Assembly: GCA_965651695.1 (NCBI GenBank)
Contig: CBFGTI010000005.1
Location: 2,886-66,885 of the forward strand
DNA length: 64,000 bases
Source of the DNA: an uncultured Imperialibacter sp.
GTDB taxonomy: Bacteria; Bacteroidota; Bacteroidia; Cytophagales; Cyclobacteriaceae
Reading direction: 5' to 3'
Shown: piece after piece, positions 53,831 to 62,434 of the stretch
How positions within the stretch are numbered: position 1 is the stretch's first letter
How the letters are laid out: each line of letters begins with the position of its first letter
Position numbers and translations under genes: made by a program
The notes under the pieces: model-generated
Seen by the model: only the letters and a program-made list of their open reading frames with translations
The model's database searches: none
What the model was told of the DNA's origin: nothing

Positions 53831-54403
53831 ATGGATGAAACCCTAATTGCCTCCCTTCAGCACGGAGACATGAAAGCGCTCGAAACACTTTACATCAAAT
53901 ACCGGCAAGATTTTCTGGCTATGATTACAAATAAATACCGGCTAACCCATGACGACGCACGTGATGTGTACCAGGTAGCTACGCTACGGCTGTACAATAA
54001 CGTGGTGAAGGGAAAGGTAACGATGATGCACGACAGCATTAAACCCTATCTGTTTAGCATTGGCCTTAATGTGTACAAAGAGATGGTTCGCGCCGAAATG
54101 CGGGTGCCCTTGCGGCAAAGCCCGCTCGAATGGGCCGAAGAAAAAATTGACGATCACGAAGAAAAAGATGCGGCTCTGTTGAGGGAAGGCCTGCTGGAGG
54201 CTACGAAAAGGGCAATTGAAAAGCTGGGAGATCCCTGCAAAAGCATGCTCACCAAGTTCTATTATTTCAAAGCCAGCATGCAACAACTGATGCAGGAATT
54301 TGGCTATAAAAATGAAGCAACTGCCAAGAACAAAAAGTATAAATGCCTGCAGCAATTGAGAGAAATGCTGCACTACGAAAAGGTTAAAATGGCCATCGCT
54401 TAA
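53831..54403 (+). CDS. ECF-type sigma-70 family RNA polymerase sigma factor
   Basis: ATG at 53831. About 190 aa with a region-2-like segment (…FLAMITNKYRLTHDDARDVYQVATLRLY…) and a region-4-like segment (…CKSMLTKFYYFKASMQQLMQEFGYKNEATAKNKKYKCLQQLR…). Confidence 0.88.
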   Translation: MDETLIASLQHGDMKALETLYIKYRQDFLAMITNKYRLTHDDARDVYQVATLRLYNNVVKGKVTMMHDSIKPYLFSIGLNVYKEMVRAEMRVPLRQSPLEWAEEKIDDHEEKDAALLREGLLEATKRAIEKLGDPCKSMLTKFYYFKASMQQLMQEFGYKNEATAKNKKYKCLQQLREMLHYEKVKMAIA

Positions 54404-54413
54404 GTTGAGAAAA

Positions 54414-55145
54414 ATGGAAGAGAAAGACATAGCGCTTATTGACCAGTTCCTTAGCGGTGAGCTTTCTGAAGCTGAAATGGCGGCTTTCCGGCAGAGGCTG
54501 GCAACCGACAAAGAATTCGAAAAACTGTACGAAGACTTGAGATATATACAGCATGGTTTACAGCAGGCTGAGCTGGAAAAGGCCTGGAAGACCATACAAC
54601 ATACAGAAGCCCGGCTGGCAGCTGCCGGGCAGTCCCGCCCGCTGGGATGGAAGGTGTGGCTCCCGGTAGCCGCTTCTTTTGCTTTGCTGCTGTTGGCTGC
54701 ATGGTTTTTTCTGTTGAAGCCACCGGCGCCAGACGAGCTGTTTGCGCAATACTTTGAGGTGTATCCCAATGTGGAGGCCCCGATTTACCGCGACAGCAGC
54801 AGCTCCGACAGCCTTACTAACAAAGATCTGGCCTTCCGGCGCTATGCCGCCTCCGATTTTACCGGAGCCATCGTACTTTTCGAAAGCATCGAAAACAAAG
54901 ATGAAGGCACCCGTTTTTACCTGGGCATTAGCTACCTGGCCCATGGAGATGCCCAAAAGGCGATTGAAGTGCTAAAAGATGTGAAAAGCGGGGCTGTACA
55001 ATACAATACCCAGATTGACTGGTTCCTGGCGCTGGCGCTGATAAAAGATAAACAGGTAGAAGACGCCAAAGAACTGCTGGAAGAGCTGGCCGTGTCCGGA
55101 ACGGCTTACGAACAACGGAGCAAAGAGCTTTTAAAAGCATTATAA
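54414..55145 (+). CDS. Anti-sigma-like single-pass membrane protein with a periplasmic TPR-like domain
   Basis: Starts 10 nt after the sigma gene stop. The N-terminal ~85 aa is cytoplasmic (IDQFLSGELSEAEMAAFRQRLATDKEFEKLYEDL). One TM helix follows (VWLPVAASFALLLLAAWFFLL). The C-terminal helical repeats are TPR-like (…GISYLAHGDAQKAIEVLK…). Confidence 0.6.
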   Translation: MEEKDIALIDQFLSGELSEAEMAAFRQRLATDKEFEKLYEDLRYIQHGLQQAELEKAWKTIQHTEARLAAAGQSRPLGWKVWLPVAASFALLLLAAWFFLLKPPAPDELFAQYFEVYPNVEAPIYRDSSSSDSLTNKDLAFRRYAASDFTGAIVLFESIENKDEGTRFYLGISYLAHGDAQKAIEVLKDVKSGAVQYNTQIDWFLALALIKDKQVEDAKELLEELAVSGTAYEQRSKELLKAL

Positions 55146-55277
55146 ACACCCCCGGGGATACCACTTTTTCGAAAAAATCCCCATTTGTCTACCCTATTGT
55201 TTCGCGCAGGTTTACTAAGCGCTATATTGATGCGTGCTAAGGGGACATCCTCTTACTGTCTTATTTAGTTGTTGTGC

Positions 55278-58184
55278 ATGTATACGACCTCCCGAAAGTT
55301 GGCTTTGTGGGCCTTGTTTACTTTTTATTTCTTTAAAGGATATTCGTCAACGCCGAATCTTCAGCTGAAAGCCGATGCACTTTTGGCTCAAAGGAGCTAT
55401 AATGAAGCAGCGGCTTTGTACGAGAACTTGCTTTCTTCAAAAGCTACCGCCCCCTCGCAAAATGCCTACTATTACCATCAGCTTGCGAAGATCAGCCTGC
55501 AAACGAGGGATTTCGACCGTGCCCTTCAATTACTGTTGACCGGCCGTTCCCACCTCAGTCCCAACCGGCAAGACTCGCTGCATGTGGAAAACTACTTTCT
55601 GCACGGCCTTTATTATTACGATACCGAGCAGCCAAAGCAGGCTATGCTCCACTTTGAGCAGGCGCTTGACCTGGCAAAAAAGGTACACGGCAACACCAGC
55701 AGGCAGGTGGCGCTAAACCTCCTGTGGATAGGAAATGTGTATGCGCATAAGTTTTTTCAGATACCCATGGGGCTGCAGTATTACGAGGAAGCGAATAAGC
55801 TTGCCCGGCATTTGAGCGAAGAAGAGGCTGCGTTTCTTGCTTACAACTTTGCACGGGTACACCAGACAAGAAACGACATAGAAACTTCCGTAATCTACCT
55901 GAAAAGGGCGGAAGCCTTTTATTCTTCCCAACCGTTCTATGGAGCAGAATTGGCCGACTGCTACAACCTCCGGGCTTTGGATTATATGTACCGGGGCGAT
56001 ACCACACGTTTTTTTGCGTACGAGGAATTGGCGATAAGTACTGTACAAAAAACAGGGCAAGGGCGCTACAAGCTTACCAAATATCACGACAACATGGGGG
56101 CGGTAAGCAAGTTTACCGGCAATTGCAGCGCAGCACTCGGCTACTATAAAAAAGCCCTTAACTCGGCCGTAAATTCAAAATACAACCAGGCCAGCATTTC
56201 CAACACCTATCTCAACCTGGGTGAGTATTTTGGCGACTGCGAAGGCAAACTGGACTCAGCCATATTTTATTTAAAAGAATGCCTTGCCATAAGAAAAAGT
56301 GCCTACGGAGAAAAGCACTCTGAGACGTCGACGACGTATTTGCATTTGGCGCAATACTACGCTTCCTCGGGTTTAATTGACTCAGCACTTTATTTCAACC
56401 AGCAGGCCCTGATGTCTGAGGCGCACCATTTTGACGCCACGGATATCACCGAAAATCCCGTTTCACTCGGGGTGGGCTATGGTCTTGAACTAGTTGGGGC
56501 CTTACATATCAAATCGAAGCTCCTGGCCAGTAGGTTCGAGGAAAAAAAGAATATTACTGACTTAGAGCTAGCTTTCCAAACGCTTTTAAGAGCAGACAGT
56601 TTGCTTACCGTACACAGGCAAAGCTTTTACTGGCAAGAGTCAAAACTCACTTATCGTGCTACGCTCAGAAGTATTTACTCCCGTGCATTAGCATATGGGC
56701 TAAAGCTATTTGAGAAAACACAGAGCCGGTTGGTAATAGAGCAGTGTTTTTATTTAATGGAAAACGCCCGCTACAGCCTGCTGTTGGAAGACATCAGCGA
56801 TATGCGTGGCAATAAACATAAGCGCGAGCTCCACTTGAAAAAAGAAATGGCTGCACTTTCGCAGAAACTGCAAACGCTGCCTGAGAATATCGACCTGACA
56901 AAGGCCATTGTTGCCAAAAAAGATAGCGTAAAACAACAATTGCAGGCGTATTACGACAGCCTCGGCTCGTCGGGGAATGTATTCAAGAACTTTACACTCG
57001 CTAGTGTTTTGGACGACTGCAGTGAATTTCTCGACGATCAAACGCTGGTGTTGAGCTTCTTTGCAGCAGAGGATGCTATTTATACCATTACCATTTCACA
57101 TGACGATGTCGATTTTTATGCGTTAAAAAGAGATGATGAACTTAATTCTTATCTGAAGAGCTATAAACAGCTGGTTAGTAATGTGCCTCAAAAAAATTCA
57201 GCTAACGGGCTGTCGGCTTACCTAAAAAACGCTTCGCACCTCTCCAGCATCTTATTGCCAGCAGCGATAGAACAATACCCGAAACTCATTGTCATTGCCG
57301 ATGGGCCTGTTACTAACCTCCCTTTCGAAGCCCTCTTTTCCGAAAAACCTGATGCTGCCTGCAAGGGCTATCACTGCTTGCCTTACCTGGTAAAAAAAAC
57401 AGCGGTTGAATATTGGTTCTCATATTCCGTGGTGAGGCAGTTTTTACAATTCGCCTCCCGTGCGGAACAGGGGAGATTGCTGGGAATAGCCCCGGAATAT
57501 GCAAATGAGCTTGATATTTTACCAGGTGCCGCCAGGGAAATAGCCGATCTTATCGAATATGGTGCAGATGTATTGAAGGGCAGCACTGCTACCAAACAAT
57601 CGTTTCTGCAAGAAGTTGGCAACTATGATGTAATTCATCTGGCAGCCCATGCCAAAGCCGATACAGTAGACGGCCTTAACAGTTACATTGATTTTTCCAG
57701 AAAACCCGACGACCGACTCTATGCGTATGAGCTTCTGAGTATGCCATTTAATCCCCGCCTGGTGGTGCTCACCGCCTGCGAAACCGGTGAAGGGGAGTTG
57801 AAAACAGGCGAGGGAGTTTATAGTCTCGGCCGGGCATTCACCGCAGCCGGTGCCAAGGGGTTGATACTCACCGCGTGGAAAATCCCGGATGACGCCACAG
57901 CCAAACTGGTTAAGTTGTTTTACAGCCATTTTTTGGCCGGAGATCCTCCGGCCGCAGCCTTGCAAAAATCCAAAACGGAATTTCTTCAGGAGCAAGACAA
58001 TTTTACCGCCCACCCCTATTTCTGGAGCTCCCTCTATTTTGTCGGTCACTATTCAGCCGAAAGCAATGTTCTTAAGAAGGTCAGCGGTGCCGTTGCGGGG
58101 GGATTGGCACTGCTTATACTGGCAATAATATTTTTCGCAGTTAAGGCAAAGGCCAGAAGGAGATCGGAAAATCTCCTCCTTTAA
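55278..58184 (+). CDS. TPR-repeat CHAT-domain protein with N-terminal signal/anchor and C-terminal TM anchor
   Basis: ATG at 55278 with a hydrophobic N-terminus (KLALWALFTFYFF) and many TPRs. The CHAT dyad context is VIHLAAHAK … VVLTACETGEG. The C-terminal helix is AVAGGLALLILAIIFFAV, followed by KAKARRRSE. Confidence 0.9.
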   Translation: MYTTSRKLALWALFTFYFFKGYSSTPNLQLKADALLAQRSYNEAAALYENLLSSKATAPSQNAYYYHQLAKISLQTRDFDRALQLLLTGRSHLSPNRQDSLHVENYFLHGLYYYDTEQPKQAMLHFEQALDLAKKVHGNTSRQVALNLLWIGNVYAHKFFQIPMGLQYYEEANKLARHLSEEEAAFLAYNFARVHQTRNDIETSVIYLKRAEAFYSSQPFYGAELADCYNLRALDYMYRGDTTRFFAYEELAISTVQKTGQGRYKLTKYHDNMGAVSKFTGNCSAALGYYKKALNSAVNSKYNQASISNTYLNLGEYFGDCEGKLDSAIFYLKECLAIRKSAYGEKHSETSTTYLHLAQYYASSGLIDSALYFNQQALMSEAHHFDATDITENPVSLGVGYGLELVGALHIKSKLLASRFEEKKNITDLELAFQTLLRADSLLTVHRQSFYWQESKLTYRATLRSIYSRALAYGLKLFEKTQSRLVIEQCFYLMENARYSLLLEDISDMRGNKHKRELHLKKEMAALSQKLQTLPENIDLTKAIVAKKDSVKQQLQAYYDSLGSSGNVFKNFTLASVLDDCSEFLDDQTLVLSFFAAEDAIYTITISHDDVDFYALKRDDELNSYLKSYKQLVSNVPQKNSANGLSAYLKNASHLSSILLPAAIEQYPKLIVIADGPVTNLPFEALFSEKPDAACKGYHCLPYLVKKTAVEYWFSYSVVRQFLQFASRAEQGRLLGIAPEYANELDILPGAAREIADLIEYGADVLKGSTATKQSFLQEVGNYDVIHLAAHAKADTVDGLNSYIDFSRKPDDRLYAYELLSMPFNPRLVVLTACETGEGELKTGEGVYSLGRAFTAAGAKGLILTAWKIPDDATAKLVKLFYSHFLAGDPPAAALQKSKTEFLQEQDNFTAHPYFWSSLYFVGHYSAESNVLKKVSGAVAGGLALLILAIIFFAVKAKARRRSENLLL

Positions 58185-58203
58185 ACGCTTACTGCAGGTT
58201 TCT

Positions 58204-58788
58204 TTAATGAGAATGATCTGCCTCTCCCGGATGACAGTCCTCTACATTTGCGTGCCCCCCGTTGCTCACCGGATCAAGATCGTAAGCGACCATCACATTT
58301 CCGACGCAAACATTCCGGAAAGCCGGGTTTCCGGCCTGATCGGCAATGTGCTGGCAATCTTCAAGCGATACCAGGTTAGTATTTACAAAGGGAAAATAGC
58401 AAGGTTCAATCCCTTCATTACCTGACGTGTCAATTGTCTTGTTATAAATTTTCAGCCAGCCCATAATCATTTTCTTTCCTGAAGAGAGATTCATGCTTTT
58501 CTGGTGTGTATGGGATTGTCCTGTGTCATGCGTATCACACGGACACAGCTTTTTGCCTTCAAATTCTTTAAAGTAGTCTTTGAAGTATAAGTCATCGGGC
58601 AGGTTTTCCCGTAGCATAAGCGTGTTGGGGTCAATCACCGCCTGCATTTCGAGCAGAAGCCTGAAAGCATCTATCTGCCCCTCCACATACAAGTCTTGCT
58701 CGGGCTGTTGCTCTTCCTGTGGTTTGTCCCCACCGTTGCAGCTCATCAAAAAAATAAAGGCCGCTGAAGTTAAAAGTTTCGATCTCAT
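58204..58788 (-). CDS. Cys/His-rich lipoprotein, function unknown
   Basis: Lipobox FIFLMSC. Motifs are CPCDTHDTGQSHTHQ and a C-terminal HANVEDCHPGEADHSH. It is convergent with the CHAT gene, with stops 20 nt apart. Confidence 0.6.
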   Translation of the reverse strand: MRSKLLTSAAFIFLMSCNGGDKPQEEQQPEQDLYVEGQIDAFRLLLEMQAVIDPNTLMLRENLPDDLYFKDYFKEFEGKKLCPCDTHDTGQSHTHQKSMNLSSGKKMIMGWLKIYNKTIDTSGNEGIEPCYFPFVNTNLVSLEDCQHIADQAGNPAFRNVCVGNVMVAYDLDPVSNGGHANVEDCHPGEADHSH

Positions 58789-59154
58789 GGTAATCAGATT
58801 TATGGTTGTTTAGTAAAAGCTGTTTCGAGATGGCCTCCAAAAATTGTGTAATCGAGGCTTCAAAGCTAATTTAGTTGATAACCTGCTATTTAATGACATT
58901 TATTCCAAAAGGTCACCGCCACGGTCGAACTGTGTGGCAACAGCCAGGGGCATTTTCAAGTGCTCTGCAGGAGCCTTAAGCCAAGAAATCGGCCTTTTAA
59001 ACCTTAAACCCTAAACTTTTAAACCTTTGCGTTCAACTTCCCACCTCTTTTTTGTAAACTGTGCATCGAATAACCAACCATGAAGCAACTTAAACACCTA
59101 TCGACTTAAAGTCCTACTGACTTAAAGACTTACTGACTTACCGACTTAAACACT

Positions 59155-60891
59155 ATGTCTACTTTTCAGATTAAAGAAGTACCCGAAGAATATGATGTCG
59201 TAATTGTTGGCTCCGGCGCTGGTGGCGGCATGGCTGCTAAGGTACTCACCGAAGCAGGCGCCAAGGTGCTGATGCTCGAAGCCGGCCCCCATTTCGACTC
59301 CTCCGAAGGCGATATGTTCAAATGGAACTACTCCTCACCCCGCCGTGGTGGCGGCAGTGCCAAAAGGCCATTCGGTGAGTTTGACGCTGCTTACGGCGGC
59401 TGGGAGATCGACGGCGAGCCTTATACCCGCAATCCGGGCACGGAGTTCGACTGGTTTCGCTCCCGCATGCTGGGCGGCCGTACCAACCACTGGGGGCGCA
59501 TCTCCCTCCGCTTCGGCCCCAACGACTTCAAGCGCAAAAGCATTGACGGCCTTGGCGACGACTGGCCGATCTCCTACGACGATATTAAACCCTACTACGA
59601 TAAAGTAGACCAGTTTGTGGGCATCTTCGGTACCAAAGAAGGCATTTACAACGAACCCGACGGTATCTTTATGCCGCCACCAAAACCTCGGGGCTACGAA
59701 CTGCTCATCAAAAAAGCCTGCGACGAAATCGACATTCCGGTTATTCCGTCGCGGCTTTCCATATTAACACAGCCCCTCAACGGCCGTCCACCCTGCCACT
59801 ACTGCTCGCAGTGTAACCGCGGATGCAGTACACATTCCAACTTCTCCTCCCCTTCCGTGCTCATACGGCCGGCGCTAGCCACTGGCAACCTCACCGTGCA
59901 AAACAACGCCATGGCCCGCGAGGTTACTACCGACAAGGAAGGCAAGGCCACGGGCGTAAGCTTTGTGAACAAGGAAGACGGGCTCGACTACCACGTAAAA
60001 GGCAAAGTAGTAATACTGGCTGCCAGCGCCATGGAGTCGGCACGCATCATGCTCAACTCCAAATCGGCCGCCCACCCCAACGGCATTTCCAACAGCAGCG
60101 GCGTAATGGGCCACTACATCACCGATTCTACAGGAGCCTCCCGATCGGCGCTCATACCCGCGCTTATCGACGGCATTCCGCACAACGAAGACGGCGTAGG
60201 CGGCCTGCACCTCTACATTCCCTGGTGGATCGACAACAAAAAGCTGGATTTCCCACGCGGCTACCACATCGAAATGTGGGGCGGCCGGGGCATGCCGGGC
60301 TACGGCTACATGTGGGGCATTCACACCATGAACAAACACCTGGGCGAAATAGACGGACAACCCCGTGCCAGCGGTGGCGGCTACGGAGCACAGCTGAAGC
60401 AGGATGCCCGCAGGCTTTATGGCGCCACTGTGGGCTTCTCAGGCCGCGGCGAGGCCGTGGCAGTGTACGAAAACTACTGCGAAATAGACCCCAACGTGGT
60501 CGACCAGTGGGGTATACCCGTGCTGCGGTTCAACTACAAATGGAGCGACCACGAAATAAAGCAGGCCAAACACATGCAGGATACCTTTGAGGAGATTATC
60601 GACACCATGGGCGGCATACCCACCGGGCCAAAACCGGGCAAAGACACCAACTACGGCATCGCTGCACCCGGCCGCATTATCCACGAGGTGGGCTCCACCC
60701 GCATGGGCAAAGACCCCAAAGCCAGCGTGCTGAACGAATACTGCCAGGCCCATGAAGCCAAAAACGTGTTTGTGTGCGACGGCGGGCCTTTTGTGTCGCA
60801 GGCCGACAAAAACCCCACGTGGACGATCCTTGCTTTAGCGTGGCGCACCTGCGACTACATCATCGATCAAATGAAACAACAAAACCTGTAA
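59155..60891 (+). CDS. GMC-family FAD-dependent oxidoreductase (large subunit)
   Basis: N-terminal Rossmann motif DVVIVGSGAGGGMAAKVL. The C-terminal GMC active-site region is …IIHEVGSTRMG… No signal peptide. Confidence 0.92.
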   Translation: MSTFQIKEVPEEYDVVIVGSGAGGGMAAKVLTEAGAKVLMLEAGPHFDSSEGDMFKWNYSSPRRGGGSAKRPFGEFDAAYGGWEIDGEPYTRNPGTEFDWFRSRMLGGRTNHWGRISLRFGPNDFKRKSIDGLGDDWPISYDDIKPYYDKVDQFVGIFGTKEGIYNEPDGIFMPPPKPRGYELLIKKACDEIDIPVIPSRLSILTQPLNGRPPCHYCSQCNRGCSTHSNFSSPSVLIRPALATGNLTVQNNAMAREVTTDKEGKATGVSFVNKEDGLDYHVKGKVVILAASAMESARIMLNSKSAAHPNGISNSSGVMGHYITDSTGASRSALIPALIDGIPHNEDGVGGLHLYIPWWIDNKKLDFPRGYHIEMWGGRGMPGYGYMWGIHTMNKHLGEIDGQPRASGGGYGAQLKQDARRLYGATVGFSGRGEAVAVYENYCEIDPNVVDQWGIPVLRFNYKWSDHEIKQAKHMQDTFEEIIDTMGGIPTGPKPGKDTNYGIAAPGRIIHEVGSTRMGKDPKASVLNEYCQAHEAKNVFVCDGGPFVSQADKNPTWTILALAWRTCDYIIDQMKQQNL

Positions 60892-60896
60892 CTACC

Positions 60897-61526
60897 ATGG
60901 AACCAATTAGCAGAAGAGATTCACTCAAATACATTACGCTGGCCTCAATTTCGGCGGGGGCACTCATTGGTTGCGAGCCGGGCAAGGAAGCAGATCATGG
61001 ACACGAGCACCCTGCCGAAGTGCCCGAAGGCTATACCAACCTCTCCGAAGACGCACTGAAGCTGCTGAACGAGAAGTTTTTTACCGACGACGAGCGTGAG
61101 CTGGTGCGGGTGATGGCCAACCTGGTGATTCCGGCCGACGACCGCTCGGGCAGCGCCGAAGATGCCAACACCACGGCGTTTATTGAATTTACGCTGCTCG
61201 ACCGCCCCTATATGCAAACTCCTGTGCGTGGCGGTCTGCGCTGGATCAACCTCGAAAGCACCCGGCGGTTTGGCAAGGCATTTACGGCATGTGCCGAGGC
61301 AGAGCAAAAGCAGATACTCGACGACATTGCCTATCCGGATACCGCCAAACCCGAGATGAGCCAGGGCGTTGCTTTCTTCAACACCTTCCGTGGACTGGTG
61401 CTCACCGGCTTTTTCTCCAGCAAAATGGGGGTAGAAGACCTGCAGTACATGGGCAACAAACCCACAGCCTGGAACGGCGCCCCGCAGGAGTGGCTTGATA
61501 GGTTGGGTGTGAGTTACGAGAGTTAG
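60897..61526 (+). CDS. Gluconate 2-dehydrogenase subunit 3-family protein (Tat-signal small subunit)
   Basis: ATG at 60897. Twin-arginine leader MEPISRRDSLKYITLASISAGALIGC, then the family core …FFTDDERELVRVMANLVIPADDRSGSA…. Confidence 0.85.
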   Translation: MEPISRRDSLKYITLASISAGALIGCEPGKEADHGHEHPAEVPEGYTNLSEDALKLLNEKFFTDDERELVRVMANLVIPADDRSGSAEDANTTAFIEFTLLDRPYMQTPVRGGLRWINLESTRRFGKAFTACAEAEQKQILDDIAYPDTAKPEMSQGVAFFNTFRGLVLTGFFSSKMGVEDLQYMGNKPTAWNGAPQEWLDRLGVSYES

Positions 61527-61544
61527 TCGCCCCCCACAGCTGCC

Positions 61545-61568
61545 CTGGTTGGTCTTGTGACCAACCAG
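61545..61568 (+). terminator. Perfect 10-bp hairpin just after the GMC small-subunit stop
   Basis: CTGGTTGGTC-TTGT-GACCAACCAG. No U-run follows, so terminator function is uncertain. Confidence 0.35.
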
Positions 61569-62434
61569 CAGCCATCGCCACTCCTTCGGTGTCTTCCAGC
61601 GGCGACCCGGTTGGAAACACTGAGGATTGGATGACCTCTGCTAAGAGAATATTCAATACTCAACGCTCAATGTTCAATGGGGAAACGCAGGCCGCACAGG
61701 TTGAGCGACTGATCATCATCGTTTATAACGAGGATGGTCGAGGTTGGCGATTGCATCGCCGTTTACAAATATATACCCATCCCTAGTCATCACCCCTTCA
61801 CATTCAAAGGGAAAAGCCCGGGCCGCACTACGCACTCTCATCAACATCGTTAACTGTCCGTCCAGGATGATTAGGTACAAATTGAAAACTGACGAAATGC
61901 GGATGAAAACGCTGCGTAAAGGCGGATCGGGGCTCCTTTCCTTCAAAACAATTCTTGTTTCCCGGAAAAATGGCTTCGGTACCTTATTACGCCGCGTCGT
62001 AATGCTGCATCAAAGCAATTTTCTGCCTTTGCGCGACGGCGTAAGGGCGCTTTACTGCTTTTGTCCCTTAAAACACGTTGTGTTTTGGCGAAATATAGGC
62101 TTGACTCCCCTCTGCGACGCTGCGTAGAGGCGGATTGAAGCTCAAAACACACTCCGGGAAACTTCTTGAGCGATTTTCCAGCACTAATCCCGCTTTACAA
62201 CGTTTCGCCATGGCCATTGAAGAGTGTTTACCGAGGCCTAAAACAACTTTCTCCAGCCACCCTTTTACTTCCTGCCCCTTTCCCACCCAAAAAATATTTC
62301 CTATTTTACAAGATGATATGGCACAGCCTTACTAATTCATTCCGGCAGGACTGAAAGCTTTTTACCGATTACCCATAATTTATTTCGCTTTTTTAAATGG
62401 GCAGTTGAGGTATCATACTTATATCGCAACAGTT

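Noticed and set aside
53729-58920. AAAAGGTCACC(C)GCC at 53732 and 58906, plus an inverted copy GGTGACCTTTT at 53791, bracket the ECF-CHAT module. This could be att-like island borders or a sigma-dependent promoter.
   Set aside because: Exact 11-mers shared by chance are expected many times in a 64 kb window. The extended match is only 14-15 nt with an indel, and no integrase is present. It is worth only a footnote unless the motif is enriched genome-wide.
61806-61825. AAAGGGAAAAGCCCGGGCCGC, reminiscent of the RNase P RNA GGAAAGUCCGGGC box.
   Set aside because: Only a partial word match exists. The flanking sequence lacks the P4 partner and other conserved RNase P elements.
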